Source: Gudongella sp. (GTDB taxonomy: Bacteria; Bacillota; Clostridia; Tissierellales; Tissierellaceae). Taken from it: DNA of 24,000 bases. The notes under the pieces are model-generated. The model did not search any database, was not told the origin of the DNA, and was given only the letters and a program-made list of their open reading frames with translations. Where the stretch lies: assembly GCA_034006985.1 (NCBI GenBank), contig JAVERT010000021.1, forward strand, positions 7,409 to 31,408, given 5' to 3'. How positions within the stretch are numbered: the first letter of the stretch is position 1; every line of letters begins with the position of its first letter. This document shows positions 1 to 7,574 of this stretch, piece after piece. The position numbers were made by a program, and so were the translations under genes.

Positions 1-2030
1 CCTACAAAAGAATAATATTCTCACGACAGGAAGATTTAAAAGAAGCCTTAAGCCTAATGACATCAGATGATAGTACTGTATACGAAATTGGAGATTTACT
101 TAGAAAATCAGTGATGGAGTTAGATGGAGTGTCACTTGATGAATTAGAAAAAAAGATAGATGAAGATATTGAATTAATGTTTAAAAGATGGGATATTGAT
201 AAGGAATATCCTGAAAACAATAGAGGCGTAAATAATCCATACACTAAAGGAATAGGAACAATTCTTGCTAGCTTCTATGAAAAAGAAAAACTAGATAAAA
301 TAAAAAGAGAAACTCAGCTGAAAGAGAAAGAGCTTGAAGATGCATATGAAAGCCTAAAGAAAATAGAGGAGAAGCTTGAAGAATTAAAGATAAGAAAAAA
401 GGAGTTAGAAATAATAGAACCTGATTTAAGAAAAAGAAGCAAACTTGAACCTAAGTTTTTTGAATTAGAAAAAGAAAGTAAAAGCCTTAAGAAAACCTAT
501 GAAGACTGGCCATTGCTGGAACAAAGCCTTGAAGAGGTTAGAAAAAAGCTCTTGTCTATTGACAAGGAATTAAAAATTCTTGATGAAGAAAAAGAACTAG
601 CTGCTAATTCTGAATTAAAGAAAGATATTGAGAATAAAATTGAAAAAGCTAGCATGACTAAAGAGACTATAAAAGCGGCTAAGGAAGAACTAAAGGAAAT
701 GCCTGAAATTTCGGAGGAAGATCTATCTCACTTAGAAAAAATCAACCTGGAAGCAGAGAAGTTACAAGCGACAATAAATGCAGGGTCAATTTCAGGAAAG
801 CTTATAAGACTACCTGATGGAATGGAGATATTTGTAGATAAAGGAAATGAAGGGTCTCAAGAATTATCTGAAGGAGAAGATTTTTTTTCAGAAGGACTTA
901 TTACAATTAAAAGTAATTTAGGCCTTGAGCTAAGGCTTGCATCTGGAAAACAAAACATAGATGAAATAACGCAAATATTAGAAAAGTACTTGGAGGATAT
1001 AAATAAAAAATTAGCTCTATATGGAGTGGATTCTATAGAAGAAACTAAGCACCTATATAAAAGGCTAACTAAGCTTAATAATGATATTTCAACATCCTCA
1101 GCTCAGTTAGAAATTATACTTGGTGATGAGACTCTAGAAGATTTAAGAGCTAAACTTGAAAGTCTAGATAAAGTTGGATACATTAGAAATATTCAAGAAA
1201 TCAAAGATGATATAAATAACAAAACGGAGGAATTGCTGACAAGAAGAGTTGAAGAGAGTAATATTGAAAAAGGGTTAAAGGTATTAATTGAAGAATATAC
1301 TACCAAGGATGTTTTATTTGATAAGATAATTGATTCAAAAGTGGAATTAAAAGAGATTACTAAAGAATTAAGTAGCCTTAAAGAAATACCATTGGAATTT
1401 GACTCCATAGAGAGTTATTTTGAGAAACTTGACGAAAGCAGATCCAAGTTTGAGGAATACAACGAAGATTATCACAAGAAAAAAGATGTTTATTTAGAGA
1501 TTGAAAATGATATGCCCGATACATCATATGAGGAGTTAGAGAAAGATTACCAATATAGTAATGAGCAGTTTGAACGATTATTGAGTAGAGGGAAAAAGCT
1601 ACTGAAACTAAGAGATACCTTTAATTCAGTAAAGGAGAGAATGGACCAAGACACAAACAAACCATTACTAGATTCAATGTCTAAGTATCTTAGTATTCTT
1701 ACAGGCGGAAATTATAAAATTTACAATTTGGATGATTCCCTAAATATGAGATTAATAAACAGTAAAGAATCAGAGATTCCTTTGAATCTCTTATCAACAG
1801 GTACTAAAGATTCTGTGAGCCTTGCAGTAAGACTTTCACTGGCAGAGACACTACAGGAAGAAGAGACAGGATTACTTGTATTAGATGACTGCCTAGTGGA
1901 CATGGATCCAGAAAGAAAGAAACTGGCTATAGATATGATAAAAGAATTTTCACAAAAACATCAGGTGATATTCACAACCTGCAATCCAGTAACAGCGGAA
2001 GAATTGGGTGGTAATGTAATTTTATTGTAA
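1..2030 (+). CDS. SMC/SbcC-like coiled-coil ABC-type ATPase, C-terminal ~675 aa (YhaN-like); 5' end off-window
   Basis: The reading frame is open from nt 3 with no upstream stop, so the Met at 57 is internal. Very long K/E/L-rich coiled-coil region. The C-terminus carries an ABC-signature-like LSTGTKDSVSLAVRLSLAE and a Walker B/D-loop LLVLDDCLVDMD. The Walker A head is not in the window. Confidence 0.7.
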   Translation, partial: YKRIIFSRQEDLKEALSLMTSDDSTVYEIGDLLRKSVMELDGVSLDELEKKIDEDIELMFKRWDIDKEYPENNRGVNNPYTKGIGTILASFYEKEKLDKIKRETQLKEKELEDAYESLKKIEEKLEELKIRKKELEIIEPDLRKRSKLEPKFFELEKESKSLKKTYEDWPLLEQSLEEVRKKLLSIDKELKILDEEKELAANSELKKDIENKIEKASMTKETIKAAKEELKEMPEISEEDLSHLEKINLEAEKLQATINAGSISGKLIRLPDGMEIFVDKGNEGSQELSEGEDFFSEGLITIKSNLGLELRLASGKQNIDEITQILEKYLEDINKKLALYGVDSIEETKHLYKRLTKLNNDISTSSAQLEIILGDETLEDLRAKLESLDKVGYIRNIQEIKDDINNKTEELLTRRVEESNIEKGLKVLIEEYTTKDVLFDKIIDSKVELKEITKELSSLKEIPLEFDSIESYFEKLDESRSKFEEYNEDYHKKKDVYLEIENDMPDTSYEELEKDYQYSNEQFERLLSRGKKLLKLRDTFNSVKERMDQDTNKPLLDSMSKYLSILTGGNYKIYNLDDSLNMRLINSKESEIPLNLLSTGTKDSVSLAVRLSLAETLQEEETGLLVLDDCLVDMDPERKKLAIDMIKEFSQKHQVIFTTCNPVTAEELGGNVILL

Positions 2031-2049
2031 AAAATTATTGTGAAAATTG

Positions 2050-2078
2050 TTGACAAAGAGGTTTTTGCGTACTATAAT
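2050..2078 (+). promoter_or_regulatory. Sigma-A promoter of the met transporter operon
   Basis: TTGACA (2050-2055), exactly 17 nt spacer, TATAAT (2073-2078). Both hexamers match consensus perfectly. It sits just upstream of the T-box leader. Confidence 0.75.
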
Positions 2079-2111
2079 TTCATCTAATGAAGTAAATAAA
2101 TATTTATAAAA

Positions 2112-2389
2112 GACGTTGAAAAGAAGAGTAAGTCTGCGAATGTTTTTACAGAGAGTCCCACCAGGTGAAAAGGGATAAAAAATAGCAAGCTGAATATGGT
2201 CTTGGAGTCTAATTGTTGAAGATTTTAAATAATTACGTGTGCACACGTTATAGTGTTAGAGTATTTAGAGGTTTATACCTTGCGTACTTGATGAGTTATT
2301 CTTCGTGAGAAGAATATAAATTTAGGGTGGTAACACGGAGCTTTAGCTTTCGTCCCTTTGCATATGCAAAGGGATGAGAGCTTTTTTTT
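2112..2389 (+). promoter_or_regulatory. T-box leader (tRNA-sensing transcription attenuator) upstream of metN
   Basis: GA/K-turn-like GAAAAGAAGAGTA (2118-2130). AG-bay AGAGAG (2150-2155). Distal-loop GGTGAAA (2164-2170). Specifier-loop-like GAA-TATG-G (2192-2199). Stem III ATTCTTC-GTGA-GAAGAAT (approx 2298-2315). T-box motif AATTTAGGGTGGTAACACGG (approx 2318-2338). A terminator follows whose 5' arm can alternatively pair with the T-box motif. Confidence 0.8.
2345..2389 (+). terminator. Intrinsic terminator of the T-box leader
   Basis: The arm AGCTTTCGTCCCTTTGCA (2345-2362) pairs with TGCAAAGGGATGAGAGCT (2365-2382). There are no mismatches and only two G-U wobbles. A run of 8 T follows (2382-2389). 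Confidence 0.8.
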
Positions 2390-2418
2390 ATTTAAAAATT
2401 GAGTAATGGAGGAATAAT

Positions 2419-3423
2419 ATGATTAAGTTAGATAGTGTAACAAAGGAATTCTATACAACTGCTTCTCAAATTATAGCAGTAGATAAGGTATCTCTAAATA
2501 TTCAAAAAGCTGAAATCTATGGAATTATAGGCTTAAGTGGAGCTGGTAAATCAACCCTTATAAGATGTCTAAACAGACTAGAAGAACCCAGCTCTGGAAA
2601 GATTGTTATAGACAATGTAGATATAACATCTCTAGGTAAAGAAGATTTAAGAAATCAAAGGAAAGAAATTGGAATGATATTTCAACATTTCAACATCTTA
2701 GCACAAAAAACAGTATATGAAAATATTGCCTTCCCCCTCTACCTAGAAAAGTGGAGCAAAAAAGACATAGAATATCGAATAGAAGAACTTTTAACATTTG
2801 TAGAACTAGAAGACAAAAGAGATAGCTATCCCAGTCAACTAAGCGGAGGACAAAAACAAAGAGTTGCCATAGCTAGAGCGATTGCAAACAATCCAAAAGT
2901 CTTATTAAGCGATGAGGGAACTTCAGCACTAGATCCTCATACTACAAAATCTATATTAAAATTATTAAAGAAAATACGAGATGAGTTTGGATTGACAATA
3001 GTTATGATAACCCATCAAATGGAAGTGGTTAAACAAGTTTGTGACAAAGTAGCAATAATGGAAGATGGCAAAGTAATAGAAGAAAATACAGTGGAAAATT
3101 TATTTAAGAGTCCTAAAACAAAAATAGCTAAAGCCTTTATTTCATCTATAAATCCTAGCATAGATGAAGAAATACTAAATCCAAAAGACTTTAAAGGAAA
3201 GTTAATACGCTTAGCATTTATGGGAGAATCTTCAAAAAAACCTATAGTGTCCAGACTTATAAAAACCTTTGACATAGATGTAAATATATTATCGGGTTCT
3301 ATAGATACCTTGCAAGCAACAAATGTTGGGCATCTCATATTAGAATTAATAGGTGGAGAAAGAGAAGTAGTAAAAGTATTAAATTATTTAGAAAATGAAA
3401 ATGTAAATGTGGAGGTGATATAA
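2419..3423 (+). CDS. metN: Methionine ABC transporter ATP-binding protein
   Basis: GGAGG RBS. Walker A GLSGAGKST, signature LSGGQKQRVAIARA, Walker B LLSDEGTSALD. C-terminal NIL/ACT-like regulatory domain typical of MetN. Followed by metI and metQ. Confidence 0.93.
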   Translation: MIKLDSVTKEFYTTASQIIAVDKVSLNIQKAEIYGIIGLSGAGKSTLIRCLNRLEEPSSGKIVIDNVDITSLGKEDLRNQRKEIGMIFQHFNILAQKTVYENIAFPLYLEKWSKKDIEYRIEELLTFVELEDKRDSYPSQLSGGQKQRVAIARAIANNPKVLLSDEGTSALDPHTTKSILKLLKKIRDEFGLTIVMITHQMEVVKQVCDKVAIMEDGKVIEENTVENLFKSPKTKIAKAFISSINPSIDEEILNPKDFKGKLIRLAFMGESSKKPIVSRLIKTFDIDVNILSGSIDTLQATNVGHLILELIGGEREVVKVLNYLENENVNVEVI

Positions 3424-4064
3424 TGGCAGATTTAATTTTAACCCCAACCCTAGAAACTATATACATGGTTATTGCAGCTACTATTTTTTCCTTAACAATA
3501 GGATTTCCTCTTGGGATACTCTTAGTAGTAACAGAAAAAGGCAGTATCTGGGAAAAACCCTTTTTTAATAAGGTATTAAGTGGAATTATAAATGTATTGA
3601 GATCAATTCCCTTTATTATTCTAATGATTTTGGTTTTTCCCTTAGCTAAGATAATAGTAGGAAAATCTATAGGTACAACAGCTACCATAGTTCCACTTTC
3701 TATAGCTGCAGCTCCATTTGTAGCTAGGATTATGGAGTCTAGCATCAGAGAAATAGATAAGGGAGTAATTGAATCAAGCCTTGCAATGGGGGCTAGCGTA
3801 TGGCAGATCATTAGAAGGGTATTAATACCAGAATCACTACCCTCTATAATATCTGGAATAACTCTAACTATAATAAATTTGATAGGCTATTCTGCCATGG
3901 CAGGAGCTATAGGTGGTGGTGGACTAGGAAACTTAGCTATCAGATTTGGCCTATATAAGTTTGATACAAAAGTTATGCTAGTATCCCTAGCAATTATAAT
4001 AATTTTGGTTCAAGGAGTTCAGTTTATAGGAACTAGATTAACAATAATACTAGATAAAAGATAA
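3423..4064 (+). CDS. metI: Methionine ABC transporter permease
   Basis: The ATG overlaps the metN stop (TAATG). Multi-TM hydrophobic protein with a MetI-type EAA loop region (ESSLAMGASVWQIIRRVLIPE). Synteny metN-metI-metQ. Confidence 0.92.
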   Translation: MADLILTPTLETIYMVIAATIFSLTIGFPLGILLVVTEKGSIWEKPFFNKVLSGIINVLRSIPFIILMILVFPLAKIIVGKSIGTTATIVPLSIAAAPFVARIMESSIREIDKGVIESSLAMGASVWQIIRRVLIPESLPSIISGITLTIINLIGYSAMAGAIGGGGLGNLAIRFGLYKFDTKVMLVSLAIIIILVQGVQFIGTRLTIILDKR

Positions 4065-4092
4065 ATAACTAAAAAAATGGAGGAATAAAAAA

Positions 4093-4905
4093 ATGAAAAA
4101 AATATTATCAATAGCATTAGTAGTGGTATTATCCTTGTCTTTACTTACAGGATGCGGAGGGACATCAGATGTAAATGGTGATGCATCATCAATTATAATA
4201 GGTGTATCTTCAGAACCCCACGCAAGCCTAGTAGAACTAGTAGTTGAAGAATTAAAAGAAGAAGGAGTTGAAGTGCAAATAGTAGAATTTACTGACTATG
4301 TAACACCAAACACATCCTTAGATGATGGCGATATAGATGCAAACTTCTTTCAACACAAGCCCTATTTAGAAGATTTTGTAGAAAATCAAGGAATGAAATT
4401 AAAGTCTTTAGGGGGAGTGCATATAGAACCAATGGCTCTATACTCAACTAGCATAGCTTCAATAGAAGATTTAAAAGATGGAGCAGAAATATCTATACCA
4501 AATGACAATGTAAATGGAGGAAGAGCCCTATTGCTCTTAGAAGCCAATGGTCTTATTAAATTAAGTGCAGATGCAGGCCTAAATGCAACAGAAAAGGATA
4601 TAATAGAAAATCCTAAAAACTTAAAAATTAATCCACTTGAAGCAGCCTTTTTACCTAGAACTCTTGATGAAGTGGATGCAGCAATTATAAATGGTAATTA
4701 CGCCTTGGAAGCGGGTCTAAACCCAGTAAATGATGGCCTAATTATAGAAGATGCAGATTCTCCTTATGTGAATGTTGTAGTTGTAAGAGATGGTGAGGAA
4801 GATGAAGAAAAATTTACAAAACTTTTAAGTGCTCTTCAATCTGATAAAGTAAAAACTTATATAGAAGATAATTACAATGGTGGGGTTGTTGCGGCGTTTA
4901 ACTAG
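4093..4905 (+). CDS. metQ: MetQ/NlpA-family methionine-binding lipoprotein
   Basis: GGAGG RBS. Signal peptide with lipobox LLTGC. NlpA-family core including DANFFQHKPYLEDF. Confidence 0.9.
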   Translation: MKKILSIALVVVLSLSLLTGCGGTSDVNGDASSIIIGVSSEPHASLVELVVEELKEEGVEVQIVEFTDYVTPNTSLDDGDIDANFFQHKPYLEDFVENQGMKLKSLGGVHIEPMALYSTSIASIEDLKDGAEISIPNDNVNGGRALLLLEANGLIKLSADAGLNATEKDIIENPKNLKINPLEAAFLPRTLDEVDAAIINGNYALEAGLNPVNDGLIIEDADSPYVNVVVVRDGEEDEEKFTKLLSALQSDKVKTYIEDNYNGGVVAAFN

Positions 4906-4941
4906 ATTATTTATATAAGAGCCTATGCTAATAATTATAAG

Positions 4942-4975
4942 AAACGCCAACATCTAATAGGGGTTGGCGTTTTTT
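4942..4975 (+). terminator. Intrinsic terminator after metQ
   Basis: A 10-bp perfect stem, AAACGCCAAC (4942-4951) with GTTGGCGTTT (4963-4972), running into a T tract. Confidence 0.8.
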
Positions 4976-5196
4976 ATAATTATACTTTCTACTAATCTTT
5001 AACTTTCTATTATTTTTAACTATAGGTACGCGAACATATTTTGTATACAACATATACCTTTTATCCCTTTAAAACAACATAGCAAACTAAGATAATCTAA
5101 GTGAAATAAACATTCTGTATAGATAATAGTAATAGGATATAATAGAAATATAGAGGCCAATACACAGTATAAATATATAAATACTGGAGGAATAAA

Positions 5197-5822
5197 ATGA
5201 TAAACAAAGAACTAATAAATATATAGAAGAGGAAATAATTCCACGTTATAAAAATAATGATAAAGCTCATAATGAAAACCATGTTAGATTCGTTATAAAA
5301 AACAGTATGCTAATTGCAGAAAACTATGATGTAGATAAAAACATCGTTTATACAGCTGCTGCCTATCATGATCTGGGCTTAGCAGTTGAAAGAGAGAGGC
5401 ATGAAATTTTCTCCAAAGAGATTATGCTAAAAGATAAGAAACTAGATGAATTTTTTAACAAGGAAGAAAAAGAAATAATAGCAGATGCTATACTTGCCCA
5501 TCGTGCTTCTGCTAAAGTTGAGCCAAAAACAATATACGGTAAAATAGTTGCTGATGCTGATAGAGATTTAGTGCCTATTCATATAATTGAAAGAACAGTA
5601 TTGTTTGGCTTGGATAAATATCCACAACTTGATAAAGAGGAACACTTTATAAGAGCTAAAGAGCATATTGAGACTAAATATGGAAAAGTAAGCTACATGA
5701 ATCTATGGTTAGACTTAAAGGTCAACAATGAAAGATTAGAAAAGCTTAGAAATATAATATATGATGAAAATAGGTTTAGAAGAATATTTGATTACTGTTT
5801 TGAAAAACATATAAAAAAATAA
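5197..5822 (+). pseudogene. HD-domain metal-dependent phosphohydrolase, 5' end disrupted by an apparent 1-nt frameshift (intact ORF only from 5307)
   Basis: GGAGG (5186-5190) plus ATG 5197 encodes MINKELINI and then stops at 5224-5226. The frame of the 5307..5822 ORF is open back to 5196 and reads ..KYIEEEIIPRYKNNDKAHNENHVRFVIKNS.. with no start codon. The HD motif (AAAYHDLG) and ADADRD lie downstream. Confidence 0.6.
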
Positions 5823-5830
5823 AAAAATAG

Positions 5831-5870
5831 AATCCTAATTTCAAACTAATAGTTTGAGAGTAGAGTTTTT
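5831..5870 (+). terminator. Intrinsic terminator after the HD gene (module copy 1)
   Basis: AATCCTAATTTCAAACT pairs with AGTTTGAGAGTAGAGTT (17 positions, 2 mismatches, some G-U) and is followed by TTTTT. Homologous to the hairpins at 8574 and 15492. Confidence 0.6.
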
Positions 5871-5890
5871 GAGTAACCCAGTACTAATAA

Positions 5891-5919
5891 TAGATAATGC
5901 AGTGGAAGTACGATATAAT
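5891..5919 (+). promoter_or_regulatory. Promoter (module copy 1) for the HTH/Doc/AbiJ-like unit
   Basis: TAGATA (5891-5896), 17 nt spacer, TATAAT (5914-5919). The 39-nt core is 33/39 identical to the copy upstream of hsdM. Confidence 0.55.
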
Positions 5920-5945
5920 AAATATGTCTGAATAAATAGATAATT
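5914..5945. repeat. Left copy of a 32-nt direct repeat (30/32 identical to 15616-15647)
   Basis: TATAATAAATATGTCTGAATAAATAGATAATT compared with TATAATAAATTTATCTGAATAAATAGATAATT. It covers the -10 box and the early leader. Confidence 0.85.
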
Positions 5946-6073
5946 TAATATTTATTTTGATGCTTATGAATAAATACAATAGAGTTAATTAAAAAGTTTA
6001 TGTAATATAAGTTACCTTTAGTAGGCTATGTTTGTATAGTGGTATTCTGTTTACAAGAATAGGAGGAAAAAGC

Positions 6074-7081
6074 ATGGGTGATTTAACACAATCTTTAATT
6101 TCAAGAAAAAATGTTCTAAATAATGACTATGCAGTTTTTGAAATTCAGGAGCAGTTAAAAGTAGAAGGAATTCTATATGATGATGAGGTGATTTTCACAA
6201 AGCAGCAGATAGCTAGTTATTTTGAAGTGGATACAAGAACAATTGAGCGCTATATGGATAGTAATCAAGAAGAACTTAAAGAAAATGGGTATAGAGTTCT
6301 GCGTGGAGAAGCATTGAAATCACTAAAAAAACAGTCTAAAATGCTATATGGTACCGACATTAATGTCGGTACCACTATATTAGGAATTTTTTCATTTAAG
6401 GCATTTTTAAATATGGCAATGATTATATCTGAAAGTGAAAAAGCCAAAGAGATTAGAAGTGCAATTTTAAATATAGTTATAGATGTTATTAATAAAAAAG
6501 CTGGTGGAAGCACTAAGTATATAAATCAAAGAGACGAAGATTTTTTAAATTCATGGTTTAGTGAGGAAAATTATAGAAAAGAATTTACGGATGCTTTAAA
6601 CTCTTATGTAGACATGGGGAATGTAAAGTATGCTATATACACAAATAGGATATATAAGGATATATTTAAAGAACATGCTCATGAATATAAGCACATTTTA
6701 AGGCTGAGTAACAATGATAGAATAAGAGATACAATGTATTCTGAGGTATTGGATTTAATAGCATCATATGAGGTTGGACTTGCTTATGAATTGAAAATAG
6801 GATTTGAACTAAAAGGTAGCAAACTTAAAAGTAGAGAAGTAGATGTAATCTTTAAAAAATTTCATGACCACCCAAGTAGAAAACCATTATTAGATAAAGC
6901 AAGAAATAAAATGGCAAGTAGAGATTTAGTCTTTAGAGATGCATTACACTTACAATTAGAAAATTATATAACACCTTTAGAGAAAGTTGAATATGAGAGA
7001 TTTCTAGGTGAAAAGAGTAAAGAACTTCAAGACAGGCTAAAAGAAGCTGAAGATGTATTTAAGAGACTAAAGGAGTATTAG
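6074..7081 (+). CDS. HTH / Bro-N (phage antirepressor)-like DNA-binding protein, 336 aa; putative partner of the downstream Doc
   Basis: AGGAGG (6061-6066) plus ATG 6074 is preferred over the TTG at 6032. HTH-like segment FTKQQIASYFEVDTRTIERYM. Antirepressor-like FSFKAFLNMAMIISESEKAKEIRSAILNIV. Its stop lies 1 nt before the Doc ATG. The family assignment (RhuM/Bro-N-like) is from memory only. Confidence 0.6.
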   Translation: MGDLTQSLISRKNVLNNDYAVFEIQEQLKVEGILYDDEVIFTKQQIASYFEVDTRTIERYMDSNQEELKENGYRVLRGEALKSLKKQSKMLYGTDINVGTTILGIFSFKAFLNMAMIISESEKAKEIRSAILNIVIDVINKKAGGSTKYINQRDEDFLNSWFSEENYRKEFTDALNSYVDMGNVKYAIYTNRIYKDIFKEHAHEYKHILRLSNNDRIRDTMYSEVLDLIASYEVGLAYELKIGFELKGSKLKSREVDVIFKKFHDHPSRKPLLDKARNKMASRDLVFRDALHLQLENYITPLEKVEYERFLGEKSKELQDRLKEAEDVFKRLKEY

Positions 7082-7082
7082 T

Positions 7083-7508
7083 ATGATATATCTAGATTAT
7101 GACATTCTGTATGATATATATTTAAATACTGTCGATGTTAGTGGGGGTGGAGCCAAGGGTGTTATAGACAAAGGAAAAGTAGAAGGTATATTAGAACAAG
7201 TTAAGAATGATATGTATTATCCAGAAATAGAAGACAAAGTAACATATTTATTCTTTTCTTTTAATAAATATCATTGTTTTCAAGATGGCAATAAAAGAAT
7301 TGCCTTATCGGCATGTGTTCAGTTTTTAAATTTTAATGGATATATTTATATGCTAAGTAGATTTATTAGGGAAATAGAAAATATAAGTATTCATGTAGCT
7401 TCTGGAAAGATTGATAAAGAATTACTAATAGAGATAATAGCATCATTAATTTATGAAGATGAATACTCTGAAGAATTGAAATTGAAAATTATTGATAATA
7501 CAATGTAA
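7083..7508 (+). CDS. doc: Death-on-curing (Doc) family toxin, Fic/DOC fold
   Basis: Fic/Doc catalytic motif HCFQDGNKR (nt 7272-7298, pattern HxFxDGNKR). Size of 141 aa. AGGAG RBS lies inside the end of the upstream gene, with a 1-nt gap between the stop and the ATG. Confidence 0.85.
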   Translation: MIYLDYDILYDIYLNTVDVSGGGAKGVIDKGKVEGILEQVKNDMYYPEIEDKVTYLFFSFNKYHCFQDGNKRIALSACVQFLNFNGYIYMLSRFIREIENISIHVASGKIDKELLIEIIASLIYEDEYSEELKLKIIDNTM

Positions 7509-7574
7509 AAAGGATTGGAATATGGATATAAAAGATGTTAGCAGAAATTTTTTATATGGAAAGGTGCGGTAAGC

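Noticed and set aside
1-2030. The SMC-like ATPase as part of a novel defence system (Lamassu, Wadjet or Gabija-type).
   Set aside because: Only the C-terminal part is visible and the partner genes would be off-window. Its features fit the housekeeping YhaN/SbcC-type repair ATPase equally well. It is separated from the defence island by metNIQ and the HD gene.
2100-2400. SAM-I (S-box) riboswitch, the regulator usually expected upstream of met transporter genes in clostridia.
   Set aside because: The leader instead contains the T-box motif GGGTGGTAACACGG, the AGAGAG bay and the GGTGAAA distal loop. I could not find the S-box core elements.
5118-5143. A fourth copy of the TAGATA/TATAAT promoter module upstream of the HD gene (TATAGATAAT...AGGATATAATAGAAAT).
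   Set aside because: The sequence similarity is real. However, the TAGATA to TATAAT spacing is only 12 nt, so it cannot work as the same -35/-10 pair. I kept it only as an occurrence of the ATAGATAAT box, not as a promoter feature.
6032-6073. TTG start at 6032 for the 349-aa version of the HTH protein.
   Set aside because: There is no RBS. A consensus AGGAGG sits 7 nt before the ATG at 6074, so the shorter 336-aa product is far more likely.
7522-7572. A 16-codon micro-ORF (MDIKDVSRNFLYGKVR) that fills the Doc to AbiJ-like spacer and ends 2 nt before the AbiJ-like ATG.
   Set aside because: It is too short to support from sequence alone. The AAGGA RBS is weak evidence. It may only reflect chance, or it may be a coupling device. 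Ribosome profiling would be needed.
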